Source: Eledone cirrhosa (lineage: Eukaryota). From it: DNA of 64,000 bases. Positions 13,306 through 25,949 of the stretch are shown here, in pieces. The position numbers and the translations under genes were made by a program. The DNA lies in contig OZ024743.1 of NCBI GenBank assembly GCA_964016885.1, forward strand, positions 112,468,001 through 112,532,000, in the 5' to 3' direction. Under the pieces are notes generated by a model. It saw nothing but the letters and a program-made list of their open reading frames with translations, was not told where the DNA came from and searched no databases. Position 1 is the first letter of the stretch, and the number at the start of each line of letters is the position of its first letter.

Positions 13306-13444
13306 AACAAAACCATCCGTTTATTAAAAAATCCCGACTGGGATATAATAATAATAAATTGACGTGAAACCCAAAAGGTGCGCGTGTGTTTTATTGGCAG
13401 CATGATCCTCCCAAAGTATAACAATATATATATATATAAATATA

Positions 13445-13537
<93 letters not shown>

Positions 13538-14907
13538 AGAGAGAGTGAGAGAGAGTTATTTAGATGTCTATATATATGTGCGTGAGTGTGTGTGTGCACG
13601 TTTGTGTGTGTGAATGTGAGAGAATATATGTGTGTGTGTAATAAACAATGTAACAAATCTCGATTTTTTAATTACCGGTACCACCCAGAAAGAAAGAGAG
13701 AGTGAAGAATCGACCCCTGTACGGATCTCTGAAAAATGAAAGGCATAATTGCACACGACTTTGTTAGATCTCAAAGTGCCTAGAAACGCAAGATGTTCTA
13801 TCCAACGCTCTAGTGAATTGTGTCAGTTCTCCATCTTGATCTTAATATATTCTACATACATCAAGTAATTTTAGCAATAGCACTTATTCAGAGATTGATT
13901 TATTACATTCACTAATGGACAAACCTAGTGTCATTGCTATTAAGATTTCACAAATTTGTTGTTCTTCTGCAAGTGAAATAACATACCTCACCGTTTTCAA
14001 AATAATGTCTAGATAAAGTCTAGACTAAATATTCATAACTTCTATCGTGTTTATCAATAACAACCTCCCTCTACCTCTCTCTTTCTCAGGCCTTTTCTAT
14101 ATCTCTCTCTCACTCTCACCCTGGCTACTATGTCTCACTATCTGCCTTCTACAACAATATATTATTCTTAATGTCAACGAATTACGTTCAACATTTCGGC
14201 ATTTGAGTATATAGGTGCTATTGAACAAACATACATACACGTGTGCATACATATAGATATATATTCACACACACATACGCTACACACCGTTACCACTCTA
14301 TGTATTTAACTATATCTCTATGTTTAGTATTATTTCTACATTTAAACTCTTTCACATTCGAAGGAAAAGTATACACCCATTATATATAAATATATCAATA
14401 AAGGTAGTACTAATTCATAAATATCTGAAAGAGGGACTCGATGAAACATGTTTACCTGAAATGACAGCAAAATTCAACAGTGGCATAGTACTTCATTTAT
14501 ATATATATATATACAATTCCCATCCGATCGCGGCACAGAACGGAAGCCTGTTGATAAAGTGAATCCACTGTTCGATCATCCAAAACCAAAAACTTGCATG
14601 CCCCGCAAGTTAATTGTTGATTTCGGTTTCATAGAAACCTACCTGAGATATTGCATAATATAGATGGAATGGTCCAGGTTTGTCAAATTATCCTGAGTTG
14701 GTTTTCTCGTTGATTTGGTCCTTGCGGGTGGCTCACCGGTCGCAGTCTTCAATTTGTCAAGCTTTCTAATGTTATTACTCTAAGGTGACACTGCCTTATC
14801 GAGTGCTTTGCTGCACATTCCGGATTGCATTTCATTAGCTTGGCCACAGCCAGAGCTTCGATTTTACTGAACTTCCATTTGTATATATATATATATATAT
14901 ATATACA

Positions 14908-15010
14908 TAACAAAGAGGGTATGGTGAGATACTAAGTGGTCCATAACGAGTTCGGATCTAGCTGTCGAAACGGCTGGAGCTCTGCCGTCGGGGTCCTGAC
15001 TCTTTTCCTA
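14908..15010. mobile_element. Family A (A2) split remnant in (TA)n
   Basis: Reverse tail (14908-14950) joined to the sense segment GCTGTCGAAACGGCTGGAGCTCTGCCGTCGGGGTCCTGACTCTTTTCCTA. Confidence 0.75.
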
Positions 15011-15547
15011 TATATATATATATATACTCAGAGAGAGAGAGAGAGAGAGATGAGAGAATGAGTGTCAGCGGCGCTGATACCGAGGATACCACTAATTATA
15101 GAACTCAATGATGCGGAGATGCAGAGTGGGTATAGATATCGGTAAACTCCTGATATGCTTGTTGAACACGCAAGTCAAAACCGCTTGGCACCGTGGTCGA
15201 GATATAATTTGTCTTTCTATCCCTCTCTCTCCCCTCTCCCTCTTTCCCTCACTCTCTATTTGCCTCACTCTCGCTTTCCCTCACTCTCTCTTTGCCTCAC
15301 TCTCTCTATATATATAGATATGTGTGTGTGTGTGCGTGTGTGTGTGTGTGTATAGATATGTTCTTATTCTAAAGCTAAAATGTGTGCTAATAATTCTTAA
15401 TAACACGTTACAAACACAGGCAGTTGCACTGGCAAAAAAATATATATATAACTACAAAAGGTTTTTGTATTTGCATAACCATAAATAGTATAATTAATAC
15501 TATATATATATATAGCATTAAATAAAAAATCGATTAACATATATATA

Positions 15548-15637
<90 letters not shown>

Positions 15638-15651
15638 TATATATATATATG

Positions 15652-15746
<95 letters not shown>

Positions 15747-15754
15747 GTAACTCA

Positions 15755-16430
15755 CACACACACACACACCCCCAAACAATTTTTTTTCTCCACACGCCAC
15801 CCACACCCACAACACGCTTAAACCCCACACATACGTGCTTCCTACCACATATTTACACCCTCAGTCTCCTGATTCCTCTCCCCCCACCCCCTATCCACAC
15901 ACGCACAGACACTCCGACCCACAAAAACACCCCCCACACACACCTCTTCCTGAACATGCAACCCCGTTCTTCCCCCAACCCTTACTTTCACATACACACA
16001 CACACACCTACACACACACACCACCTTCAGCCCTCCCCGCTCGGACACCCCGTCTCCCTCTCCCCACTCCACCCGCCACCACCCCTACTCACCCCACACC
16101 CTTCCACCACCTGTTTACCCCCCTTTTAATTTCAGTTTATTTTGATCATGCCTTTATTTTTAAATGTTCTCATTCCTTGTATTTTGATCATGCTTTATTT
16201 TTATTTTTTATCTTTATTTGTTAATTTTTCATTCGCACCGTTTCCTTTCGCTATATGTCTCTCCACCACTCCCCTACACACCTTTTGAACTCTGTTCCCA
16301 CACACTTCTCACCTGAGGAAGGGCTTATGCCCGAAACGTCGTCCCCCACCTGCCCCCCACTCTCCTGAGCGTGAAATTAATAAACATTTATTGTACTGCC
16401 TCTCTGTTTTGTCCCTGTTCAAATTTTTCC

Positions 16431-16432
<2 letters not shown>
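15755..16432 (+). mobile_element. C-rich PLE 3'UTR/pseudo-LTR-like remnant with a minimal hammerhead at 16311-16342
   Basis: CTGAGGA-A-GGGC(TTAT)GCCC-GAAA-CGTC, followed by AATAAA and a tail ending in (TA)n. Stem I is weak (2 bp). Confidence 0.6.
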
Positions 16433-16471
<39 letters not shown>

Positions 16472-16642
16472 TGCATTAAATTAAAAATCGATTGACAAAT
16501 ATATATATAATAAATACATCAAACAATTACAGGGGATAATTTGCTAATAAATGCTCGGATTTACCCCTTAGAATCTATGAGCTTATTCTACAAGTGGCAT
16601 GGCGCATGTTTCTCAGATAGGACATCCTTAATTTTGGTTATT

Positions 16643-16710
<68 letters not shown>

Positions 16711-16949
16711 CTTTAATTTTTTTATGAAGGACTGGCATCCGAAATGTTAAGACACTTTTCCTACTTTGTCAAGCGTAAAATTAATATATATCTCCATTGT
16801 ATTGTGTCGTTTGCTTTATTATTTCTGTTTGCCTTTTGTGTGTATGTGTGTATTTGTGTGTATGTGTGTGTGTCTGCGTGTGTGTGTGTGTGTGTGTCTT
16901 TGTGTGTGTGTGTGTGTGTGGGTGTGTGTGTGTGTGTGTGTGTGGGTGT

Positions 16950-17020
<71 letters not shown>

Positions 17021-17582
17021 GTTTCTTTATTTGTTTATCAGTAACAAGCGATCTCATTTACCAAATCTTCGGCTCGACACATGCTGAGTGGAATTGGAAG
17101 TGGTTTAGACAGCTGTTTGATGGACTATACTTACAATTCAATGGACAAGCCTTGTCACACTGTCGCGCTGAATCTAACAGAGGATTGCATTACGAGAACA
17201 AGCTCTGGAACACGTTAATATTATGACGATGTTGTTCATTTGATGGAGTAACAGGAACACTCATCGTCGATAGGAAATGAGGTCCACCGAATTGAACAAA
17301 GGATATTACTTTCCCTGTTTCTTTTTATTCTTTCTACTCTTCGGTGGCGAATTATTAGAATAGATAATGTGTCAGAATAAATGTTTCAGTATTATTCCGG
17401 CTAACAATGCTCTGAGTTCAAATCTCGGTGAGGTTAATTAAACAAGCTAGAATAGGTCAAGTTGCTATGCGGTATCTAAAGTTATCATCGTCATCATATT
17501 CATCATCATCATCATTATCGACATTTTCATCATCATCATAGCATCATCATCAGCAGCAGCAGCATTACGATAATCAAATAAT

Positions 17583-18192
17583 AATGGTTTCTTGTATAGG
17601 CACGAGGCCAGCAATTTGGGGGGAGGGGAAAGTCGATTAGATCGACTCCAGTGCGTGACTGGTACTTTATTTTATCGACGCCGTAAGGATAAAAGGCAAA
17701 GTTAACCTAGGCGGGATTTGAACTCAAACCGCAAAGGGGCGTAACTCAATGCTACAAAGCATGGCGTCCGATCCTCTACTGATACTGCCAATCCACCGCC
17801 CTAATAATAATTGTTTCTACTTTAGGCACAAGGCCAGCAATTACCCCAGTGTATTACTAGTACTTTATTTTATCGACCTCGTAAGGATGAAAGGCAAAGT
17901 TAACCTCGGCGGGATTTGAACTCAGAATGGCAAGGGCCGTAACTCTATGCGTCAAAGCATGGCGTCCGACCCTCTACCTATACTGCCAATCCACCGTCCT
18001 TAATAATAATAATTGTTTCTACTTTAGGCACAAGGCCAGCAATCACCCAGTGCATTACTGGTACTTTATTTTATCGACCCCGTAAGGATGAAAGGCAAAG
18101 TCAACCTCGGCGGGATTTGAACTCAGATCATAAAGGGACGTAACTGTGCTGGAAAGCATGGCGTCCGACCCCTCTACCGATACTCCCAATCC
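17583..18192 (-). mobile_element. Three head-to-tail S1 SINE copies
   Basis: Copies at about 17583-17801 (long form), 17808-17999 and 18011-18192 (short form), separated only by (AAT)n. Confidence 0.9.
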
Positions 18193-18499
18193 TAATAATA
18201 ATAATGATATATCAACATCATCATCATCATCAACAGCAGCAGCATCAAAACCACCACTTTCACCAATCATAGTCATCCCCATCATCATATCACACGTCTA
18301 CAACAACAAGTACAACATCTAGGACAACAACAACAACAATGTCACCATCGTCATCATCATATTCACCTGTCTCTTTGTAACACCATGATTAATTATATAA
18401 TTACTATTAACAATGCTGGAGGAGATTTAGAATGTAACTATCCTATTTATTTATGTATATCTACCTAGCAGCTCTCCCTCTTTCATCTGCCCCTTATGT

Positions 18500-19830
<1,331 letters not shown>

Positions 19831-19908
19831 ATGAATGTGTGTGAGTGCATGTATATGTTCTTTTACTTCTTACACTTTACAACTCTACATTTCTCGCAAT
19901 CTCTTCCG

Positions 19909-19944
<36 letters not shown>

Positions 19945-20182
19945 TCTCTCATAATCTAGCTGTCGTCTGTTCTACAGTGTGGATGTCATTCACTTCGCAC
20001 AGAAGTTTTGTTCAAATTTATTGAGGAAATTTTGTGAGTTCAAACTTAATTTTGATACAATTGTGTAGCTTGACCCTCCGTCTGAACTGTCAGGCGGTGG
20101 GTCAGCTCATCTTTACCCCTCCTAGAGGTGAAAAACCTGTTTTAAAAAATTTTGTGTAAAAAATTTCAATCGTCTAACAGAA

Positions 20183-22063
20183 ATGTTAAACGCAGCGAAC
20201 GAAAATAGTGGTGGGGGGACAGCGGTAAGAGTTGTAAGCTCGCACGCTTTAGTCCTCCCTTCCTTCCCAACTAACGTCATAGAGAAGGAAGGAAAAATGA
20301 AAATAAAAACGGACGAATCTGCGGAGGAAAAAAAATTAAATGACGAAAACAACGAAAAAAAAAAATTTGAAAAATTGCATGACAATACTAATAACACAAA
20401 CAAAGACACAACAAACAAAAAAATAACAGTTGAAAATAACATAATATCAGAAAACAAAGCAGACGACAAGATTTCTTTTGCACAGAAAACAAAGAAATCT
20501 TTGACTTATATAGCGGAAAACATTTCAGATGTGGTACGAAGGATCACGGACGCAAAACAATACATAAGTGAAGGTGAGAATGGTATTTTATTGGTAAAAA
20601 TGCCTCAAGAATTCACGAAAGACATTGAAAGCCGAACGGTCAAGTTTCGGACCATCAACAACAGTACAAAAAAACCTGAACAGCCTTCTCAAGCAGATAT
20701 CAAAACAGTACTCGCAGAAGTACTGAATGAAACAACTTTCATAAGAAAAGACAGACTGTATGGAAGCCTAGCAATTATCATGAAGAACGAATCGGCGGCA
20801 AAAAAATGTGCTTTGTCACCGATTCGTTCGAAAAATTTCACCTTTTATCCATCTTATATGGGGAAAAAAACTCAACGCATATGGCTGGATGCAATGATGC
20901 CAGATGTGGACTACTGCTGGCTCATAGCTGGCTTCATCGATCCAGTGAATGACAACGTGATTTCCATTGGGAAAACCACAGGCAATGCGTTCAGTGGAAC
21001 AGGTATAGAGCTGGTAGTACAAATGAAGCCTGAACGCATCGCCCAAATACCCGACAGAATCCTATTAGAGGACCACGGGTATATAAACATTAGCGTGGAG
21101 GGGAGAAGGCCGTCCTGCCATATCTGTGCAGGCAGAGGGCACCTGAAGGCCGCTTGTCCCCAACTCAACAAAAAGAAAACCCTGCTACCAACACCAGCTC
21201 CACCACCACCACCACAACAGATAAACAAACAACAAAACTCAGTCCCACCCAACCCGTCCCTCAGTAACACCACAACACCACCACAACACAAACAGTCACA
21301 ACACATTACCCCAAAACAAAATACAGGCCCACCCAACCTCTCACTCAATAAAACAACACAACCACCGCAGACACAACACACAACACAGTCTAACATAGTG
21401 ACATCCATCTCCCCCACAAAGAAAACCAACACGGAAACATTACCAGCAAACATACCTCTTCCCTCCAACACTGAAGATAACCCAACGAATTCGGAGGAAG
21501 AAACGGAGTCCTTCAGACAGATTAAAAGGAAAAAAAGAAAACATGTGCAAAACACACAAGGACAAACAACCCCCACCCAAATCGCAACACAATCTAACAA
21601 AACAGAAAACACCCCTCCAGCAACAAACAAAACCAAACCTGCCCCTCCCCTCTTCGAAACACTCACACCATCGGAAAAAAAGACATTACACTATACTTAC
21701 ATCAACAGAAACAATAATAAATTAAATGAACTCATATACAATAATCCTTCGGTACAAACCGAAGGTGTAAACTTTGTTTCATCAGAAAACCACCCACATT
21801 TAAAACTAATAAAAATCCCAATGAACCTCTACCAAAAACTAAAAAAGGATTTTAAGGAGGACGTAGGACCACCCTCTGTCAAACCCATAAACCGCGTCCT
21901 ACTAAAAAGCTTTCCCCCTCCCCTTCCCCTCCCCAACACAACTCCAAACACCCCAACCCCACCACACACCGACGACCCCACACCACCACAAGACACCCCT
22001 TCACCCAACACCCCCGACCCCATGGAAGTCGTGCAACCCGAACCCCGGGAAGCGGAAAGGTAG
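20183..22063 (+). CDS. LINE ORF1 protein (gag-like, CCHC zinc knuckle), 626 aa
   Basis: ISFAQKTK N-terminal motif and CHICAGRGHLKAAC knuckle (CX2CX4HX4C), then a P/T/Q/N-rich tail; directly upstream of ORF2. Confidence 0.9.
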   Translation: MLNAANENSGGGTAVRVVSSHALVLPSFPTNVIEKEGKMKIKTDESAEEKKLNDENNEKKKFEKLHDNTNNTNKDTTNKKITVENNIISENKADDKISFAQKTKKSLTYIAENISDVVRRITDAKQYISEGENGILLVKMPQEFTKDIESRTVKFRTINNSTKKPEQPSQADIKTVLAEVLNETTFIRKDRLYGSLAIIMKNESAAKKCALSPIRSKNFTFYPSYMGKKTQRIWLDAMMPDVDYCWLIAGFIDPVNDNVISIGKTTGNAFSGTGIELVVQMKPERIAQIPDRILLEDHGYINISVEGRRPSCHICAGRGHLKAACPQLNKKKTLLPTPAPPPPPQQINKQQNSVPPNPSLSNTTTPPQHKQSQHITPKQNTGPPNLSLNKTTQPPQTQHTTQSNIVTSISPTKKTNTETLPANIPLPSNTEDNPTNSEEETESFRQIKRKKRKHVQNTQGQTTPTQIATQSNKTENTPPATNKTKPAPPLFETLTPSEKKTLHYTYINRNNNKLNELIYNNPSVQTEGVNFVSSENHPHLKLIKIPMNLYQKLKKDFKEDVGPPSVKPINRVLLKSFPPPLPLPNTTPNTPTPPHTDDPTPPQDTPSPNTPDPMEVVQPEPREAER

Positions 22064-22096
22064 GTCTCTACACTCTCCTTTGGCTCTGCCGCCCAC

Positions 22097-25000
22097 ATGG
22101 ATGTGTTAAGAGTAGGATGTTTGAATGCACGTGGCCTGGGCTCAACTTGGAAGCAAGCAAAGCTTCTAAATGACCTCAGGTCATGTAGTATAAATGTAAT
22201 GGTTATCTGTGAGACTCGAATCAGCGTCATGCGGCAGCTGGCCCCCACCTTCGATGACTTTGAGGTGCATGCATCTCTCTGTCAACCTGGAGGTGGGGGT
22301 GGGGTTGTCGTGCTGCTGCAAAAACACCTGGGTCTTGCCGTACAGGTTGTGCACTCGGACCCGGAGGGTCGTTTGTTGGTGCTAGACGTTGGCAGTAGTG
22401 AAAGTGCGGCCTTGAGACTGGTCGCCGTCTACTCCCCTTTCGGAGCTGAACGGCCCGACTTCTTCCAGCGTTTGGAGACTTTTCTGGGAACGTCGCGTTC
22501 CCTGCTTCTAGCGGGGGATTGGAATGACATCCTAGATGCACGTTGGGACTATGCAGGAGCATGTCCTAATAGAGGGGGGTGTAACAGCCTCAAGGGGTTA
22601 CTCGACCGTTTTAACTTGGTCGATAGATATCGACTAGATTTTCCAACTGTGCCTACCTGGACTTGGAGAAACCACAGTGGTCAATCTAGATCGTACTTAG
22701 ATAGATTCTTAGTTAGAAGTAAGGATAGGGACATATTAAGCTGTCCAGAAATGCGCACGGTTGGCTACACGGATCACAAATTAGTGACCTGCGTGGTCAA
22801 TCTCGAGAAAACACATAGACAGGGTCCCGGTTACTGGAAACTTAATTTGTCTTTACCGGCAAAAGAGACTTACAGAAACCGGATTAGCAGATTAGTTAAG
22901 GAGAGGTTGACGGGTGCAATCGTCAACAACCGATGGTGGGCATCTCTCAAAAGAGAGATTAGAACAGAATCAATAAGTTATAGCAAGATGTTAGCTGCCA
23001 ATAGGAATAGAAACGAGAAAGAATTAACAGGTAAATTAGAAGAGGCAATCAAGAGCGAAGATGTGGCCAGAGTGCTGGCATCGAGGACGGCCTTGAACCA
23101 GTTTTTCGATGCAAAGCATGAAGGCTGCGTCATTCGAAGTAAAATACGTGCTCTAGGTAATGAGGGGGCCAAAGCCGTTGGATGGGCCCGCGTGACAGAA
23201 GCTAAAAGTGGAAATCGATCCACCATCCGGTCGTTGCAAGACGAAGATGGACGAGTGATCCGGGAGCCTAAGCAGATGTGCGAGGCCTTTCAAAAGCACT
23301 TTGCCCGATTGTTCGGGGGAGGCGAGGGTCCGGGCCGGGGCGTGGATTTCGGTCCATACCTCGACGGCCTGCCGCGTCTCTCGAACAAAGAGGCAGAGTC
23401 CTGCGAGGGACCAATCTCGGCTGATGAGATCGGAGATGCGCTGAGCCAATGCAGCAGACGCAAATCTCCAGGTCTCGATGGTATACCTTACGAACTTTAT
23501 TTAGCAATGCCGGTCTTCTTCTCCGAACTCCTCGAAGCGGTCTACTGCAATTGGCAGCAGAACGGGAGAATTCCTTGTTCTGTAGCCAAGGGCGTAGTCA
23601 CGCTGGTGAGGAAGGACGAGAACAAGGGGGATAGTATAAATAATTTTCGGCCCATAACCCTGCTAAACACAGAGTTAAAGATTTTGGCCAAGGTGTTAGC
23701 AAAGAGGTTGGCGCTTGTCGTGGGTGGCCTGGTGGGAGATGCGCAGACATGTGCTATCCCATCCAGGTCCATTCACGATAACCTCCACCTCATGCGATAC
23801 ATCATAGAGAGGGTTGGCAACAAACCCGGCTTCGGTGGGGCCCTGATCAACTTGGATCAGTCTAAGGCCTTCGATAGGGTCGACCATGGTTACCTGGATG
23901 CGGTGCTAGCGGCGGCTGGGTTCGGTCCTGTTTTCAGAGGCTGGATCACTGCCCTACATAGCAACCACATCTGTTCTAGGATCAAGGTGAACGGCTACCT
24001 TTCGAAGCCGTTCGAAATCACACGATCCATTCGACAGGGGTGCCCTCTCTCCTCCCTTCTGTACGTATTGACTCTCGAGCCTTTACTGAGGAAGTTGGAG
24101 TTGTTGCAGGGTATCCCCCTGGAACCAGGATTGAGCAAAGCGGTGTCGGCCTACGCCGATGACGTAACAGTAATGGTATCAACCGACTCGGAGATCGAGG
24201 CGATCGGTACCTTACTGGAGGAGTACGAAAGGTTGTCAGGAGCGAAACTGAACCGGGAAAAATCCATCGGGCTGCAACTCGGAACGTGGAGAGGCAAACC
24301 GATGCCTCCTGACGGTGTCGTCGGACACTGGACGGAGGGCCCGGTAAAGTTGCTTGGGGTCTGGTTTGGACCGGACCTCCAGGTGGAAAAGAACTGGAAC
24401 GAGGTTACGAACAAGGTGTTTGCACTAACCCAGAAATGGGCCAAGTGTAAGCTGTCCCTAAAAGGCCGGGCGGAGGTGGCGAACATTTACATAGCGTCCG
24501 TCACTTACTACCGCCTGACTGTCGTGCCTTGCCCTAAGGAAACACTCACCACCATGGAACGCATGCTCTTCCAATTTCTTTGGAAGAAGCGTCCTCCTAT
24601 GGTGAGAAGATCCATCTGCTGCCAACAACCTTCGAAAGGAGGGCTGGGGATGCCGTGGTTGATGATGCGTAGGCACGCATTAAGGCTACGGCACCTACAG
24701 GTATTCCTCACTGGTCAACCGGTGTGGGCTCCGTTCGTGAAGCGAGCCTTTCCGAGACTCGTCTCACTCACCGAGCTACAGTCCTGGGTCAAGCAAAGAT
24801 CCGGAAAACTGGGAGACTGGCACACTGAGTGTGCTCAGGCGCTCAGGGCTCTCTGGCAAGCGGGCCGGGCCATCGGTGGAGAATCCACCTCATCATTCTA
24901 TAGAGGGCTGGTGGCTAGCAGGGGCGATGACACCCTTGGAGAGTCGCTGGACATGGAAGAAGACGAACTGGCCAGCCTGTTCGGTAGGACTTTCGGCCCA

Positions 25001-25534
25001 GGACCAATGGACAACTTCCAGAAGTCACTGGCCTGGCAGTGCTACCGAGGGGCTCTACCCGTTCGAGAGAGGCTCTACAGACACGGGCGCCCGGGCAGGG
25101 ATCCCTCAAAAAAGATTTGCCCTAGATGCGTGCGTCACGAAGAAACCGTGGCGCACGCATTGGTGCAATGTCCGGGCGTGGCTGATCTGTGGGGCTACGC
25201 CGAACAACTGCTGTCGCGGGTGGCGCCGATTAAATTGACCGCCGAGTCCGTGATGACAATCAAACCGCCTCCCCTCTTCACAAAGGAAGCAAAGGCGGTT
25301 TTTCTGTGCGTAATAGCCATGTTGAAAGAGGTTGTTTGGTGGACACGATTGAAAGGTCTGAGGTCAGGCAACTTCCTCTCTGGCCATAGTCTGGTCTACT
25401 TCTTCCGATATCACTTCGGAAGAAGGATAAGAATGGAGAGAGAGGTGCTTGGCCACAGGCAGTTTTATGAAAGGTGGGTGATAGTGGCGAGAATGGCTCG
25501 TGTAAATGGGCCTTCTCTGTATACCATCCTGTAG
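22097..25534 (+). CDS. LINE ORF2 protein: APE endonuclease + reverse transcriptase + C-terminal cysteine-rich domain, 1145 aa
   Basis: CLNARG, ICET, VYSP, AGDWN, LDRF, YTDH; GPGYWKLN; KSPGLDG, FRPITLLN, DQSKAFDRVDH, RQGCPLS, YADD; GGLG; CPRC..H...C. Confidence 0.97.
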   Translation: MDVLRVGCLNARGLGSTWKQAKLLNDLRSCSINVMVICETRISVMRQLAPTFDDFEVHASLCQPGGGGGVVVLLQKHLGLAVQVVHSDPEGRLLVLDVGSSESAALRLVAVYSPFGAERPDFFQRLETFLGTSRSLLLAGDWNDILDARWDYAGACPNRGGCNSLKGLLDRFNLVDRYRLDFPTVPTWTWRNHSGQSRSYLDRFLVRSKDRDILSCPEMRTVGYTDHKLVTCVVNLEKTHRQGPGYWKLNLSLPAKETYRNRISRLVKERLTGAIVNNRWWASLKREIRTESISYSKMLAANRNRNEKELTGKLEEAIKSEDVARVLASRTALNQFFDAKHEGCVIRSKIRALGNEGAKAVGWARVTEAKSGNRSTIRSLQDEDGRVIREPKQMCEAFQKHFARLFGGGEGPGRGVDFGPYLDGLPRLSNKEAESCEGPISADEIGDALSQCSRRKSPGLDGIPYELYLAMPVFFSELLEAVYCNWQQNGRIPCSVAKGVVTLVRKDENKGDSINNFRPITLLNTELKILAKVLAKRLALVVGGLVGDAQTCAIPSRSIHDNLHLMRYIIERVGNKPGFGGALINLDQSKAFDRVDHGYLDAVLAAAGFGPVFRGWITALHSNHICSRIKVNGYLSKPFEITRSIRQGCPLSSLLYVLTLEPLLRKLELLQGIPLEPGLSKAVSAYADDVTVMVSTDSEIEAIGTLLEEYERLSGAKLNREKSIGLQLGTWRGKPMPPDGVVGHWTEGPVKLLGVWFGPDLQVEKNWNEVTNKVFALTQKWAKCKLSLKGRAEVANIYIASVTYYRLTVVPCPKETLTTMERMLFQFLWKKRPPMVRRSICCQQPSKGGLGMPWLMMRRHALRLRHLQVFLTGQPVWAPFVKRAFPRLVSLTELQSWVKQRSGKLGDWHTECAQALRALWQAGRAIGGESTSSFYRGLVASRGDDTLGESLDMEEDELASLFGRTFGPGPMDNFQKSLAWQCYRGALPVRERLYRHGRPGRDPSKKICPRCVRHEETVAHALVQCPGVADLWGYAEQLLSRVAPIKLTAESVMTIKPPPLFTKEAKAVFLCVIAMLKEVVWWTRLKGLRSGNFLSGHSLVYFFRYHFGRRIRMEREVLGHRQFYERWVIVARMARVNGPSLYTIL

Positions 25535-25777
25535 GTAAAGAAGTAAAGGAGAGGGGAACACCTTCTCCATGTGCTCCCCGGGCAAAGGATTGCACACTTT
25601 TTCGGGGGTGTGTGCAACCCCCATCACGTCCCCTCCCTTTTGAGGTTATTTTCGATTATTTTCATGTTACACCCTTTTTACTCGATTATATGTAAACTCC
25701 CCCTTTGTATTTGTCCCTTCTTTTTATGCCTTTATGGTAAATAAAGAAATCTATCTATCTATCTCTCTCTCTCTTTC

Positions 25778-25838
<61 letters not shown>

Positions 25839-25949
25839 CTCAATCTGTTTACGTTATAAACTGTGGGCTATGTCCAACTTTCATGATTGTACGATTATGG
25901 TTGTTTTAGCCCCAGGACATCTCTGAGGTGTTCCAGGACTGGTCATCTC

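Larger units (their letters stand above)
19951..25749 (+). mobile_element. Full-length Tx1/L1-group non-LTR retrotransposon inserted in (TC)n
   Basis: 232-bp 5'UTR, two intact ORFs, 3'UTR ending AATAAAGAAA. Identical 22-bp flanks TCTATCTATCTATCTCTCTCTC at 19929-19950 and 25750-25771, within TC repeats. Confidence 0.95.

Noticed and set aside
14424-14453. CTGAAAGA...GAAACATG hammerhead-like string (also 16723-16750, 27259-27290, 42137-42170)
   Set aside because: Core or stem II is broken; probably decayed pseudo-LTR remnants, not supportable as ribozymes.
17042-17226. Open frame after an acceptor-like site (TSDLIYQIFGSTHAEWNWKWF...)
   Set aside because: No homology recognised and no phase-compatible upstream partner found.
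20911-21666. 251-aa antisense ORF in LINE ORF1, and short ORFs overlapping ORF2
   Set aside because: Shadow frames caused by biased composition; no motifs.
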